Part shown: positions 1 through 13,200 of the stretch, piece by piece
How positions within the stretch are numbered: position 1 is the first letter of the stretch
How the letters are laid out: every line of letters begins with the position of its first letter
DNA from: Veleropilina oligotropha
Taxonomy: Eukaryota
Reading direction: 5' to 3'
Assembly (NCBI GenBank): GCA_048128005.1
Contig: JBEUKZ010000010.1
Location: 434,001 to 498,000 of the forward strand
DNA length: 64,000 nt
The notes under the pieces: model-generated
Databases searched by the model: none
What the model saw: the letters and a program-made list of their open reading frames with translations, nothing else
What the model was told of the DNA's origin: nothing
Translations under genes and position numbers: made by a program

Positions 1-1
1 A

Positions 2-1640
2 GGATATTACAGCCACTTTTTCCTGGTCCCGAAACCCGATGGCCGTTGGCGACCGATCCTCGATCTGTCGTTCCTCAACCAGTATCTTCGTACCGAGAAG
101 TTCAAGCAAGAAACACTCTCGAAGATACGTACGGCCATCCGTCCGGGCGACTGGGCAGCGTCTATCGACTTGACCGATGCGTACCTACACGTTCCGATGC
201 ACGTCTCGGCTCACCGGTACCTACGGTTTGTCCACGGGGGAACGGTCTACCAATTCAGGTGTCTACCGTTCGGTCTATCGTCAGCCCCGTACGTCTTCAC
301 GCGGGTAGTACAGGCTCTCGGGGCCTTCCTACACTCGCAAGGGCACAGAGTACACATGTACCTCGACGACTGGTTGATTCTCGGGGCGTCCCGGGATCAG
401 TGCCTCCAGTCTATGAGCGTTACCCTGTCATCGGCGAAGCGCCTAGGATTACAGATCAACAACGACAAATCCTGCTTCGTGCCCTCGACGACGTTTATAT
501 TTCTAGGGGTCGAATTCGACACGGTCCGGTACACCGCGAAACCGACTCAGAAACGTATAGAGAACCTACGCGCAGTTATACTGGAAACAAAGTCTTCACG
601 GATAACTACAGCGCGACGACAGGCCACTGTCCTAGGGCACATCGAGTCGGTAGCTCCCCTGTTACCGACGGGTCGCATGGACAAACGACCGTTGCAGCAG
701 GCCTTCAAGGACCGCTGGATACAACGTACGGGACAGTGGACGGATCGCATCGATCTACGGCATTGGTTCAATCACACGACAGCAGTGTGGTTGAACACTA
801 CCCTGCCGAGCCAGTCGGTTCCAATATCCCCCCCAGAACCGAACGCCTACCTCTTCACGGACGCGTCAAACGAGGGCTGGGGAGGGCACCTCGACAGTCA
901 CGAGACATCGGGCCTATGGCCTACGGACCTTCAGGGACGACACATCAACCTCCTAGAGTTAGAGGCCGTCTACCTGTCAGTACAGTCCCTCTCGTCACAC
1001 CTCCGCAACAAGCACATCATGCTAGCAACGGACAACACGACTGTCGTCGCTTACATTCAGCACCAGGGCGGTACCCGCTCCCGTCCGCTTTGCGACCGAG
1101 CGATCGACCTACACCGCCTAGTGATGTCCCTCAACTCGACAATTCGAGCCCGACACATCCCGGGGAGCTGAACGTCAGAGCGGATACGCTCTCTCGGAAA
1201 ACCCAGATAATACACACAGAGTGGACGCTACACGCCCGTGTAGCCCGAGATGTCTGTCGCCTGTGGTCGACGCCTCAAGTCGATCTATTCGCAACCGAAT
1301 ACAATCACCGACTCCCTCTCTATGTGTCTCCTTACCCGGACCCGGCCGCTATAGCGGTCGACGCTCTGTCAATGAGATGGGAGAATCTGATCGCCTACGC
1401 CTTCCCACCGTCGTGCATGTTAGCACAAGTACTACGGAAAGCGACCCGCGAAGACTGCGAGTTAACGCTAATAGCGCCACTACAACGCAGTCCTGGTTTC
1501 CGACACTTCTGGATCTACTCATCGATCAGCCACGAGCGCTACCGCAGATAACAGACCTGTTATCGCAACCGCGCAGTCGGGTTCTACACCCGTCGGCGAG
1601 CGAGTTTCACTTTCACGCCTGGCGACTATCGAGAGATCGC
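2..1640 (+). pseudogene. DIRS1-type retrotransposon pol: RT, RNase H and methyltransferase-like (MT) domain; 5'-truncated by the window, two frameshifts (~1165, ~1482)
   Basis: Frame 2 from base 2 reads GYYSHFFLVPKPDGRWRPILDL...LPFGLSSAP...YLDD (RT), then LFTDAS...HINLLELEAV...ATDNTTVVAYI...HIPG (RNase H). Frame 1 continues ELNVRADTLSR...EWTL...VDLFAT...YAFPP (MT), and frame 3 continues QSWFPTLLDLL...HAWRLS. Confidence 0.92.
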
Positions 1641-2600
1641 TCATTGAGAAAGGCTTTTCTAGAGCGACAGCCCAGCGCGTCCACCGATCTAGAAGGCAAT
1701 CTACAACAAGCTACCTATGGAAGAAATTTGTGGATTGGTGTCGCGGGCGGCAAGTCAATTTATTCCGCCCCCCTGTGACACAATTTATCGAGTTTTTGTC
1801 GTCGTTGCTCGAACGTGGAATGTCCATTTCCGCTAGTCAAAGGCTTCCGCTCATGCGTAGCAACGACGTCACTACAATGCCGCGTGCACACCCGCTTGTC
1901 TACCGACAAGACAATATCGGATTTTATACGCTCCTGCAAAACTCGAACGACCCATTCTGCAGGTGCGACCGCCTGCGTGACGTGTCTTGTTGATTCTCAA
2001 AGCTTACCTGGATGTCCGTTCGACCCTACGAGTGAATGCTTCCTCAAAAATCTCACTTATTAGACCGTTCTACTTACCGCTCTCACGACTGGTAACAGGG
2101 CATCGGCGATACACGCATTATCCGGTGAGCTGCGGGATATACACTTCCACACCGATGGGTCGGTGACGCTGCATACGGTCCTTGCCTTCTTAGCGAAGAC
2201 ACAACGACCTGAAGATGTCTGTCCCGAGGTTTGTATCCGTAACCTCTCCATGTTGGATAGAGACGATATCAACTGGCTGAGCTACCCCGTTCGTGCGCTG
2301 TGATTCTATCTGGACTGGACCCGGGCAGGGCAAAAGCGTTTATTCATAAAACCATATGTCCCAATTCAACCGCGACATTCGCATGCCGACTGTATCACGT
2401 TGGAAGTCTCTATTGTAAAGGAAATTTACAAGCGGTCCTACACGCCAGATCGAGATCTCGTCAATTCCCGCGCATGAAACACGGGTCTTTGCGACTTCAC
2501 TGCCCTTCAAGTATAATTTACATATCAATGCAGTCTTGAAGGCCGGTTATTGAAAGAATGCTAATTCCTTTGTTCGCCTTTACCTGCGTGCTTACGCAAC
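1640..2600 (+). pseudogene. DIRS tyrosine recombinase (YR), degenerate
   Basis: KGFSRATAQRVHRSRRQSTTSYLWKKFVDWCR...FIEFL is a typical DIRS YR N-terminus. Downstream remnants (LLTALTTGNRASAIHAL, FLAKT) are broken by stops and frameshifts. End coordinate approximate. Confidence 0.75.
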
Positions 2601-4063
2601 CACGGCTCTAGCGACCATAGCATTTCGGTTGTCGCTGCAAATCAGCTTTGTATTAGAGGATTTAGGTCATCCTATCAGTGATTGGTTAAACTTTCCCAAG
2701 GATTATTACCAAGGAACTGAGGTAATGAAATGTATTTCTATTCGTGTACATTGTAACACACTTAGATTTTACTCCAATGTTATTTCTTTCTTAAAACTGA
2801 TTAAGAAATTGAAATTATCTCTTCATACTGAGTTAATATGAAGTAATGTCCACATTGGATGTAAACATTTATATTACGAAATCTTAATAATGTTTTTTGT
2901 ATATAATATTATTTTAAAAATGTTCTCCTTGCTGTCACAGAACATTTCAATGTGCGTACATTGGAAAAAATTTAATATTATTATCTACTTAAAATTATTT
3001 AAGTAACATGTATCATGTTGACATTTTGCAAGTTGGACATGCAAAAATTTTATTATTCAAGATGAAGTTATTGAAATTTTCTTCAATCTATTGATAATTG
3101 TCACGGTTTTATAACACTGTCAACCTGCCTAGGTTCGGGTGCTTCTAAAAACCACGTCTTGCAGTTTTCTGTCTGCCGACCTTTGAGTCCGGAATATTCA
3201 GTCCACTGTCTTTGCTCATGACACGAGTGCCTCAAGGTATACCTTCCGCCGGTGTCCCGAGCTACATGCACTTTCGTGTTACCTGTCCGTCTAACATCCC
3301 TGGCGTGTTTTCCCAGATTTCTTGGTCGAAATCTCACCTCGGGGTAAGGGTAGATTTGATGCTCAGTAAAATCCACTCTGAACGGACTCGATCTCAACGC
3401 TAAAGCGTCGTCTTCTGGTAACAAGTAAGTTTTTAATTTTGGTGTATGGAACTTATAACTCCGCCAACCAAAGTTATTCTTGGCATTAGTAAGGACGTAA
3501 GTATATTTGCTATAGATATGAGGATTAAGAGTAATCCCTAGTATCTATAATAATATACTTACGTCCTTACCCACTTGGCCCACCCTGCTTCGCACCTCCC
3601 CTCTTATATAAGTTCTTTGTCTTGGGGTTTGCTGAAACTTCGGATGAGGTCTTGACCCTTGGGTCACGAGGATCTCGCGGGAGTCGGCGAGCTCTTAATA
3701 GACATGAACTGGAGGAGGTCGAGCAGGTCAGTGGGTCAGCTGGGTTAAATTTGCTAAAAAGTGCGAAATTACCATTTCCACCTTGTCCGGATTTAGCGAT
3801 AATAGGCTTATTATGGCATTAGTAAGGACGTAAGTATATTATTATAGATACTAGGGATTACTCTTAATCCTCATTTTTATAAACTTATAAACTCGTTATT
3901 AGTGCAAGAAAGAATTCCTCGTAGTCTAACTAATAATATGATTAGTTAAACCTCTGGTCTATACAATAGAAAATGTCACAATGGTTTAACTTGGAGATAA
4001 TATGTACATGTTCTGGTAGTACCCTGAAACGTGTTAAAATTGCACATCATGTCTTAATTTCAG

Positions 4064-4261
4064 AATGTGGAACAATGCCGTCAGCGATTTCACTGACATG
4101 CTAGGTGTGGAGCCAACGAGTGCCTTGGCCAGGACGTACCGCGGTCGAGCTCTGGCCAAGATGAACAAGTGGACGCCGGCCGTACAGGACTTGTCTGCAG
4201 CCATTCATTTTGACCCCAACAGCTGGCTGGCATTCTACCATCGTGGATGTCTTCTGAGAAA
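4064..4261 (+). CDS. TTC6: TTC6-like exon a
   Basis: tttcag|AATG...AGAAA|gtgagt; MWNNAVSDF...YHRGCLLRK. Confidence 0.9.
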
Positions 4262-7200
4262 GTGAGTATATAACTTTACTGTATTAAATCAATGATTTTT
4301 GTCTCGCCCCGAAGGGAAAGCGAGACTTAGGGATTACATTTTCCAGCGTCGTCGTCGTCTGCGTCGTGTCATTTTGGGTTAAAGTTTTTCATTGCATGTG
4401 TATTGGTTGCTAAAGGCACTTTTATGCATACATATGCATTGGTAATGGTTATATGGACAACACCTGATACTCTGGAACTGTTATTGACTGGAATTTTATA
4501 TAAATAATGCATGAAATTGGTGTTTTTGGACATAGAAATTTTGGTTAAAGTTTTTCATTGCATGTGTATGGGTTGCTAAAGGCACTTTTATGCATACATA
4601 TGCATTGGTAATGGTTATATGGACAACACCTGATACTCTGGAACTGTTATTGACTGGAATTTTATATAAATAATGCATGAAATTGGTGTTTTTGGACATA
4701 GAAATTTTGGTTAAAGTTTTTTCGGTTAAAGTTTTTCATTGAATGGAATTTTCTGATACATTGATATATATATTTAAAGGGCGAGACATATCGGACCATG
4801 GTTCTTGTTTTATAGATATAGATACAAATTTCTTAAAATCTTCTATGTGAAGGCTAAATTGAGCAAGTAAATACACTTATTTAATTATAGTGAAATAAAA
4901 TTTAATTTAATTTAAAATACTTATGTCATGATTGACATATGATATCAGACAGTTAATACTTTAGTGTCGATGTTTGTAACGCTGAATTTATTATGTAAAT
5001 CGTTGAAAGTATTGATTTTTTTCATCCCATAGGGAATATATAATATCTTTCCATGATGCATTTGTACTATACTTTGAAAGTGCTATTTTGTTATTTACAT
5101 TTCAGATTGCATCCCAATAGAGCCCTGCAGGACTTCAGTATGTCGTTGTTGATCAACGACTCAGAGGAAAACATCTTGTCCTTTCTTCACAGAGGGATTG
5201 TTTACAATGCCACAGAGAGGTGGGTATCGTGCATCTTACATAGTCGTGTGCGATGGATTTGTATAAACAAGAAAATGATGAAATATTTAGAAGCACTATT
5301 TAATTTTAAAAGTACATATAAAAGGAAACTAATGTGAGCATGAAATAGCTTTTTTTATTTGAATTGAGCCAGGTAGACAGTTTGAAACGAACAAGATGTT
5401 TTGGCTGCACCTCTAGTGGTCTTAGTCACGTGACCACCATAAACAATACTTTTTCCATTATTGCATAAATACTATCCAGATTTCAAGAAGTATAATGAAG
5501 CAATTGTAAAAGGAGTGTTATTGACTGCTTTCAGACCTGAAGATGCCATTTTGGACTTTGAGAGTGTTCTGAAGTTGAATCAAAACATTGCATGCGCCCA
5601 CGTCAACCTTGGCCTCATCTACATGAAGAACCATCAAAACAACATCAGGTGAGTTGGGTGATCAAGATGACACGTAAAGCAATTATACAATAGCAGACAA
5701 TTTCAATTATATGTGAATATGTTTAATTTGACTTTCTTGTGTTGAAATTGAAAGGTGTGCAATTACTGATGTTCATTCAGTGCTATGTCAATTCATCTCA
5801 TTATTCCCCCCTCATTGAATCACCCATTTTGTGACCGAAATTTTTTGGCGTGGTCATTAAACATCATTCCTTCCACTTGTCAACATATCACTACTGAAAG
5901 GACAAGAATTTCTGATAACTATAAATCGACTATATTTTCTTGCTTTTTATTTACAGAGCCATTAAAAAGTTCACCTCGGCAATAAAAGTGGATCCAACGT
6001 ATGTGCGGGCATATGTGTGTCGAGGTGAAGCTTACCACAAAATAAATGATGTAAGTTCTTAAATCAGACGATAAACTACTGTTCTTTCTTCTTGTAATGA
6101 ACTTTTGTCAATATTTTTATTGTCTAATGTGGGAAGATGAAAGAATTTCACATTCAGAGTTCCCTATATTTCCTCGTGACAATTAAATTAGCGCAATAAA
6201 GTTACCTGATTTTATACTAAATAGAATTCGTCAAATATGTTTACTAATTTCTGTTACCACATCATTGACGTATTGTGTATCTTGATATAAAGGTTGGATA
6301 ATAGTTTTGAATGCCATCCCGCAAGATATATTTTCAGAACTAAGATGTATGCCTGCACATTGCTTCTGTATAATATTATTTTACTTTTATCGATAACCAT
6401 ATATTATGCTAGTATAAGTTATGAAATATGTGCAAATTCAAAGTGCATTTTTTACTATTTTTGTGATTTTTCAGCTTCGTTCTGCACTGGCAGACTTCAA
6501 CCGAGCGATCCATCTGGCTCCTGATGTACACCATTACTACATGTACCGGGTAAGTGACGTTTCAATTTTGCCACATTCATAATAATATTGTTTTTGTGTT
6601 ATTCTGCTTTCCTACTATGAAAATAACTAAATGTTACATTTATAAGAGTATGTCTAAGATTATTTCAGTGATATGTTAAATAATAATACAGTTGAACATC
6701 GTTGTTTTGAACTCAGATAATTCGAATACCCCGGTTAAATCGAAGTCATATCTCGGTCCCGGTTCAGATACTATATAATATCATTAAATTAAACTTGGAT
6801 AAGTCGAATTCGGATAACTCGAACACTCGGATATGTCAAAGTCTGTCTGTAGTCCCCAATTATGTTTGATGATATTATTGGCCATTGTTTACTCGAAGTA
6901 TCAAAACACAGACTATTCAGACAGTGTTCATTAAGTAATTAGTTATGTTATTATCTATTACAGGGACAGCTTGTCTTAAAACTTGGGAATCATGAACTAG
7001 CTGCATTCTGTGTTCGGTTTGTATAGTAAATTATTAAAGCAATGTTGTCTGTATATGCCATTGCCCTGTCTTGCCTTCCATCCAAAATGGCAAATTATTT
7101 TATCAATTTTGCAATGTGTGGAATTTCCATTCTTTAAAGTCTGTTTCAATGATGCAGTGGTAAATACAGAAATCTAAATTCAATCTCAGGTGAAACCTCT

Positions 7201-10200
7201 TTGGATTTGCCAGTCATGTTAGTCCATAGCAGTTGGATTTTGAACAGATTTTCCTAGCTTTACACTCGCAATTAAACAGAAAAATGCATGTTACTGACGT
7301 TACATGTGCCAATACATCCCAATTCAAATCGACTCATTCTTTCAATCATTGGATTTCATGATGGAACTTAAAAACTTTAAAAAGTAAAATATTCATGATC
7401 ATTTCATTAATGTTTTTGACTTGATATTTAACAGGGTTAATCAATTTTTTTGCATTAAATATTTATGTATTTTTTTGTATCAATTTCATGACTTTTTTAT
7501 GTCTTTACCTTTTGTAAAAAAGGACAAGACATGATCAAATGGTCCGTGTGTATATACATATATATATATATATATCCGTCGATTTGTTTGAAAACTACCG
7601 GTTCAATTTTAACCAAAATTGGTATACACATTCTCAAGAGTATTTGTAGGTCGTGTATATAACTTTCGCGAGACAATTTTGCAAAAATATGCATTTATTA
7701 AGCACTTTTATGCATATTTCCTATATAACTTATGTCCAATATTTCAAGCAAATAGCAATGACATCATTACGATGAAGCTTTAGATTAATCGTCATTGGGT
7801 GACGTCACAATCGACGGGGTGCACTTAGCCATTGTAACGTTATAACTGTTATGAAAATTTGACGGAAATAAAGAAAAGGTCAAGACATATTCCGAACGCA
7901 TCGTTCTTGTTTCATATACAGACATGCCGCTGAGCTGAATCAGGAAGCCGGTCTTGGACAGCGACCGACGCAGCAGGCCGTGGTGCAGACGTTCCTCAAG
8001 AACTATGACCAGGTAAATATTCCACGGTGACGGTTCTTCTAATATTGGTCATCTCTAGATCGCTAATAAGGGTATGAAACTGTGGATTGTTGAGTTGGTA
8101 TGTTTGTATCTTTGCAGAATCAGCTTCTTTTATATTCTTGTAGTAAATGGCATCGATATATATGAATTATTAGCTTCTTTGAAGGAAGATTTTTCCATTT
8201 TGAACATCTGCCCACACCAATCTGTTATGGATCCGTGTGCATCTGCACAAACTGTTGACCTGAGGAGGTGAACCCATTCTGCCAGTACGGGTGAAATGTG
8301 AACAACTTCTTAACCCATACGGCCATCAGTGCAGACAGTTTACATGAATTAAAATGAATGAAGAATATTTTGGTAAAGTTAACCATTACAGTCAATATGT
8401 GCCTAATATTTGTATGCATAGGATACCCGTAAACTGAGTGCATGGAGTGTGGCTCCCGATAGATTATAATCTGTATTAAGCACAGTTAAGCAGCATGATA
8501 TATCATGATAATACATGTACCTGAATGTCTTTTTCCATGATTCCAGGCCATTGAGGCTCTCCTGGCGGCTGTGAGGACGCGTCCGGTCCCGCATAACTGA
8601 GCATGATATATCATGTACCTGAATGTCTTTTTCCATGATTCCAGGCCATTGAGGCTCTCCTGGCGGCTGTGAGGACGCGTCCGGTCCCGCAGTTGTTCAT
8701 GCTGCTCGGGAAAACGCAAATCAAAGCCAAGCAGTTCAAAGAAGCCATCACGAGCTTCGGAAGTGCGCTGGAATTATACGTAAGAAATAAAATGCATACA
8801 TATAACATTGTCTGCTCTTCACACCAAAATTAAGTGAAAATATGGAGTCTGATTTATTTCATATTTCAATATATTATAAGTATTAATTAAAAGGGGAATG
8901 TATTATTTATGGGATGTGTGGTTTCTAATATTTTAAGATTTTCGCAAACTTTTTTGTTTTAATATTTCCTGGCATCAATTTTTGTTTGATTTCAGTTATG
9001 CTGCCAGTTGCAAGTTCAAATATGATATAGTTCCTTTCAAGAGATGAAATATAAAGTATAACTTTAAAACTTTTTTCTTTTACGAAATAATGTTTTTGTT
9101 CATATTAGAAACCTTGGGCGAAACGTGAGCCTTGGCCTCAAGAGGCGTCTGTAGCCCACTTTCTGATCGGGAGCTGCCACACGGAGCTGCGCAACTATCT
9201 TGAGGCACATGATGCGTACAACAACGCCATCAAGATCGACCCGAATTATGCAGAGGTCAGTGCGACATTAGTCAATTTTCAATTGTTACATTCAAAATTT
9301 GCTTTGATTGACCCCATGTTTTTGTTTGAAGATCTCGTTGTTTGATCTCGTGTATTAAAGTACCAGTAGTAAACAATTACAACACAGTTCCGTAAGATGG
9401 TCACTGATTTTGATCTAGAACAGTCTGTCAGACAATCTGGAGGTGATGCCCTTCTTAAAGTCTATTATTACTTCAGCATTATGTGCTAGATCTGCTCATT
9501 ATCTTGTTTGGCTTCTAGCAAAAATGCACTTAAAGATGATATGTCGAGTAATATGACAGGATAATTTCATTTGCTGTGATATTACATCTTACAAATGAAA
9601 GTGATAGTGAATGATTAGGCTACGTAAAGAAATTTAACTGGCTACATTTCAAGGTGGTTTGTTTTCTCTAAAGAAACCATTTTCATTGAGATGTGTTTTA
9701 CTGTGGTCCACATTTATATGGCTTTATTGTCCTCGTGTATTAGTTATGATTTTATGATAAACGATTAACTTTCTTGTTTGCAGGCTTTTTATCAACGTGG
9801 TTTGGCCAGAATGAGACTGAAACAATCTAAAGGAATTCAAGACTTTAACCGGGCACTAGCACTGAACCCAAAGATATTTCAGGTATATATAATGGTTTTA
9901 GTTTTATATGTTGAAATTTTGCTGCAGTCGTTAAAAGTTATATTCGATAATTCATTTCACAACTTCTGTATTTAGGCGTACCTCAGTAGGGCCTGCTATT
10001 ATGGATTGAGGGCGAACTACACCAAGGCCATTTTGAATTGTAATGAAGCAATCAAGCTGCAACCCAACAGTGTCCGCGCATACTTGTACAGGTGAGGTTT
10101 ACATAAGATTAGGCCAGGGATATGAATATATTTAAAATTCAGGTTTAAGTATGAAATTGCTTCTAGGTGGTTGATCGATTATTTCGCGATACACAGACCA

Positions 10201-13200
10201 TAATTCAGATAGAATATTATATACAAATAATCCTATTGAAAGGTTATAAAAATATTGGTTATTTTAATGTTTTAGGGTGCGATCAGTCTTTTGGTTTATT
10301 GAATTTGTAATAAAAATTGTATACTGATCTGATCACATCTCTACTATCATTAAGCCGATCAAAGCTGGCCATCCGGTAGTATAGAGAATAAGAGTGATTG
10401 GTTTTCAATGAACTCTCTAGACTTCTATGATTATCAGGAGTGAGTTCAAATGTCGGGGTAGACACTCTGTTCATTTAACAGTCACGGTTGTCCATAGATT
10501 GCCGGCGTGAGTGGATTTTCCCATTCAATCAGGCTTTACTCATGCGATAATATGGACATATCCAGACATGACGTTAAAAGGTGGAAAATGTGATATTAAG
10601 CGTCGATTAAAACCTATCATTGCCGTGATATGACCATTGCTCTATGTATTGTGTTTCGTGTGTTTCAGAGGATCACTCAAGTATTACATCAAGGCATACG
10701 ACCTCGCGATCCAAGATTTAACAAAGGCCGCCACGATTGACAGCACCTGTGGCCTTGCCTTCTTCAACCGAGCAGTGTGCTACCAGGAGCATAAGGAATA
10801 TTCAAAGGCAGGTTGCACAAGCATGCAAACTTAATTTTCAATAATGCTTATTATAATAGCTTTAATAGATGGCAATTAAAAAGGAAACCCTTAAATCATT
10901 TCTCGTCACAAATTTGTAATAGCGTGTGATATCTGAAGTCGTGTATAATCTATACATATGTTTGACCGAGAGGGAGGAAATAATATATAATAGTGGATCT
11001 GAAAATTTTGCATTTGATCTTCCACTGTAGTAATGCATTCTTTTATTATTTCAGGCGTTAATGGACTACGGAATCGTTTTGCTGTTGGGAGATCAACTCA
11101 TGTTGAAGGTATTTATGAACACTACTTGTATGCAAACAATGTATTTGCTAGTTCAATGCTTTTCTATCATGTTGTGCAATGATGTATAGTTTGCTTTTGT
11201 TGACAAGAAACCCTAAAAATGAAATCAGATTCATCTTCGTTTTTGTCATTGCAGGTTCTGATAAACCGTGGCTTGCTGTACTTCGAGAGAAAGGACCACA
11301 GTAACGCCCTCTATGATTTTCTAATGGCATCTCAGCTATGCCCGTGGGACCACAGGATTCACCATACGCTGGGCTTGTGCTACCATAAGTGAGTTTATTC
11401 CCATCCTGCATTATGAATATCTCTTCAGTGCGAAATAAATTTTAACATGTTTTTATGCCATGGGGTGATAGTCCAGAATAGCATATTGCTTTCACTGCAT
11501 CTGTACGTAATCCGCAGTTTTTGCATGTAGGTTTTCATGCATTTTTGTTGAATGAAATTTTGATACCATTGACATAGTGTTATTTGATAAAATTTTACTT
11601 TCCGATTATAATTTCTAATTACTAAATAATTTAAAAATGTAAAAAATTTCATAATAATGTTTGTAAGCTTTAGAATTTTATTGTGCTTTTACTTGATCTT
11701 CTTCCTCTACAGATTGGACCAGCTGCCCGCTGCGATTAAGTCCTTTTCCACGTGTCTACATCAGAGCCAGTTCTTCCTGGATGGACTGATCAGTCGCGGA
11801 AATGTCTTCATGGACTACGGACACGAGCAGGGACTGAAATATGCCAGGTAAGTTGAAAATGATATCTTTAAAACAAGCGATTTCTGAGCCTGGTTTTACA
11901 GTCTATTCACAACATCAGCAAATAAAAAATGTCTTTGACATAACCTCCTTGACATAGATATAAAACCACGACTGATTGGTTCAAAATAAAGTCTATGTAA
12001 AAGGAAAGATGTAGAAATGCTGTGTATAGTATTTGCAATGCATGGCAGATTGAAATAAAGTTTTATCATGTTGTATTGTATTTTTTCTCTCCTTGATACA
12101 GACGTGATTATGAGCGGGCCCTGATCCTGGACCCCATATGTCTCCCCGCGCGGGTCAACCTGGCCTACACACTGCAGGTGCAGGGCAAGCTGATGCAGGC
12201 GTGGAGGCAGTTCTCCACCGCCATCCAGATGAAGCCCAGTAAGTGCGGGAAGACGATGATCATAGACGGGGATACTTTGATTTTGTCTCCGTTTCAAAGC
12301 TGCAGAGATATCTTGTATGTGCTCAACAGTCGTCAGTTATATCCGTTTTGTGATCAATTTGATATGCACATTAGTCATGACACGGACAATTTTGCTCATT
12401 TTCATTTTCAAGATGGCCAGGTCCGCACACCTTCAAGTTTGTGTTTAGGATGTTACTAGTTGTGGTATAATGCCGATAAGTTATCAAATTACTGCATTAA
12501 GATAAGTACATGTCTGAATGTAGTTTCAATACAAATAAACGGCATCGGCGGGTATGTGGTTAGCGCGTCAGACTCTCAACCGAAGCTGTTAGTTAGTCCC
12601 TGGTTCGAGACCAGCGGCGGTCCGTTCTACCGCTTAAAATAATAGGAGGCATATCCCTAATGTATGTCGGTCAGATCGGAGTGAGTCCTTAAATGGGTGT
12701 CCCGACTACGATACAGCTGAAAAATTGCTAAAAGTGGTTGTAAAACAATGTTGCCAACCATCGATCAATACAAATACTTGTATTTTAATTAGGAATCAAT
12801 CAGTCATCAATGTGTCAATCAATACCAGGATTAATGTGTATTAGAAGAATGATGCGCACAATGGTTTTGTGAAAGCATTTTTTATATGAGATTATAACTC
12901 CAACATGCATGCATAGTGATGCACACAATGCTTGTCTTCAATTGACAGTCATATTTTTCCAGCTTACAAGCCTGCGTTGGAGGGACGGGCGATCGTCTGC
13001 CTTCAGATGAGTGACACATTTGCTGCCTTCCAGGACATCAACGCGTCCATCAAGGTGTCTCCCACCGCCGAGCTCATGACCAACCGCGGGGTCATCAATC
13101 AGGTAAGACAGGAGAGCTATTGCAAGGGAGGTAATATAATCAACACAAATGATTACAAAATGAAAGAAACCTATCTCCATCCAAAGAAAATGTCGAAACA

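Larger units (their letters stand above)
1..3874 (+). mobile_element. DIRS1-group retrotransposon (3' part), with ICR and right ITR end
   Basis: RT-RH-MT and YR remnants, followed by an ICR-like block: 3518-3570 is the perfect reverse complement of 3822-3874, and 3481-3507 is a direct repeat of 3814-3840. That the coding part and this terminus belong to one copy is inference, since an AT-rich block at 2700-3100 lies between them. Confidence 0.65.

Noticed and set aside
46..1551. 501-aa ORF as a single protein
   Set aside because: It is a chimera made by a frameshift: the overlapping frame up to ~1165, then the MT part of pol.
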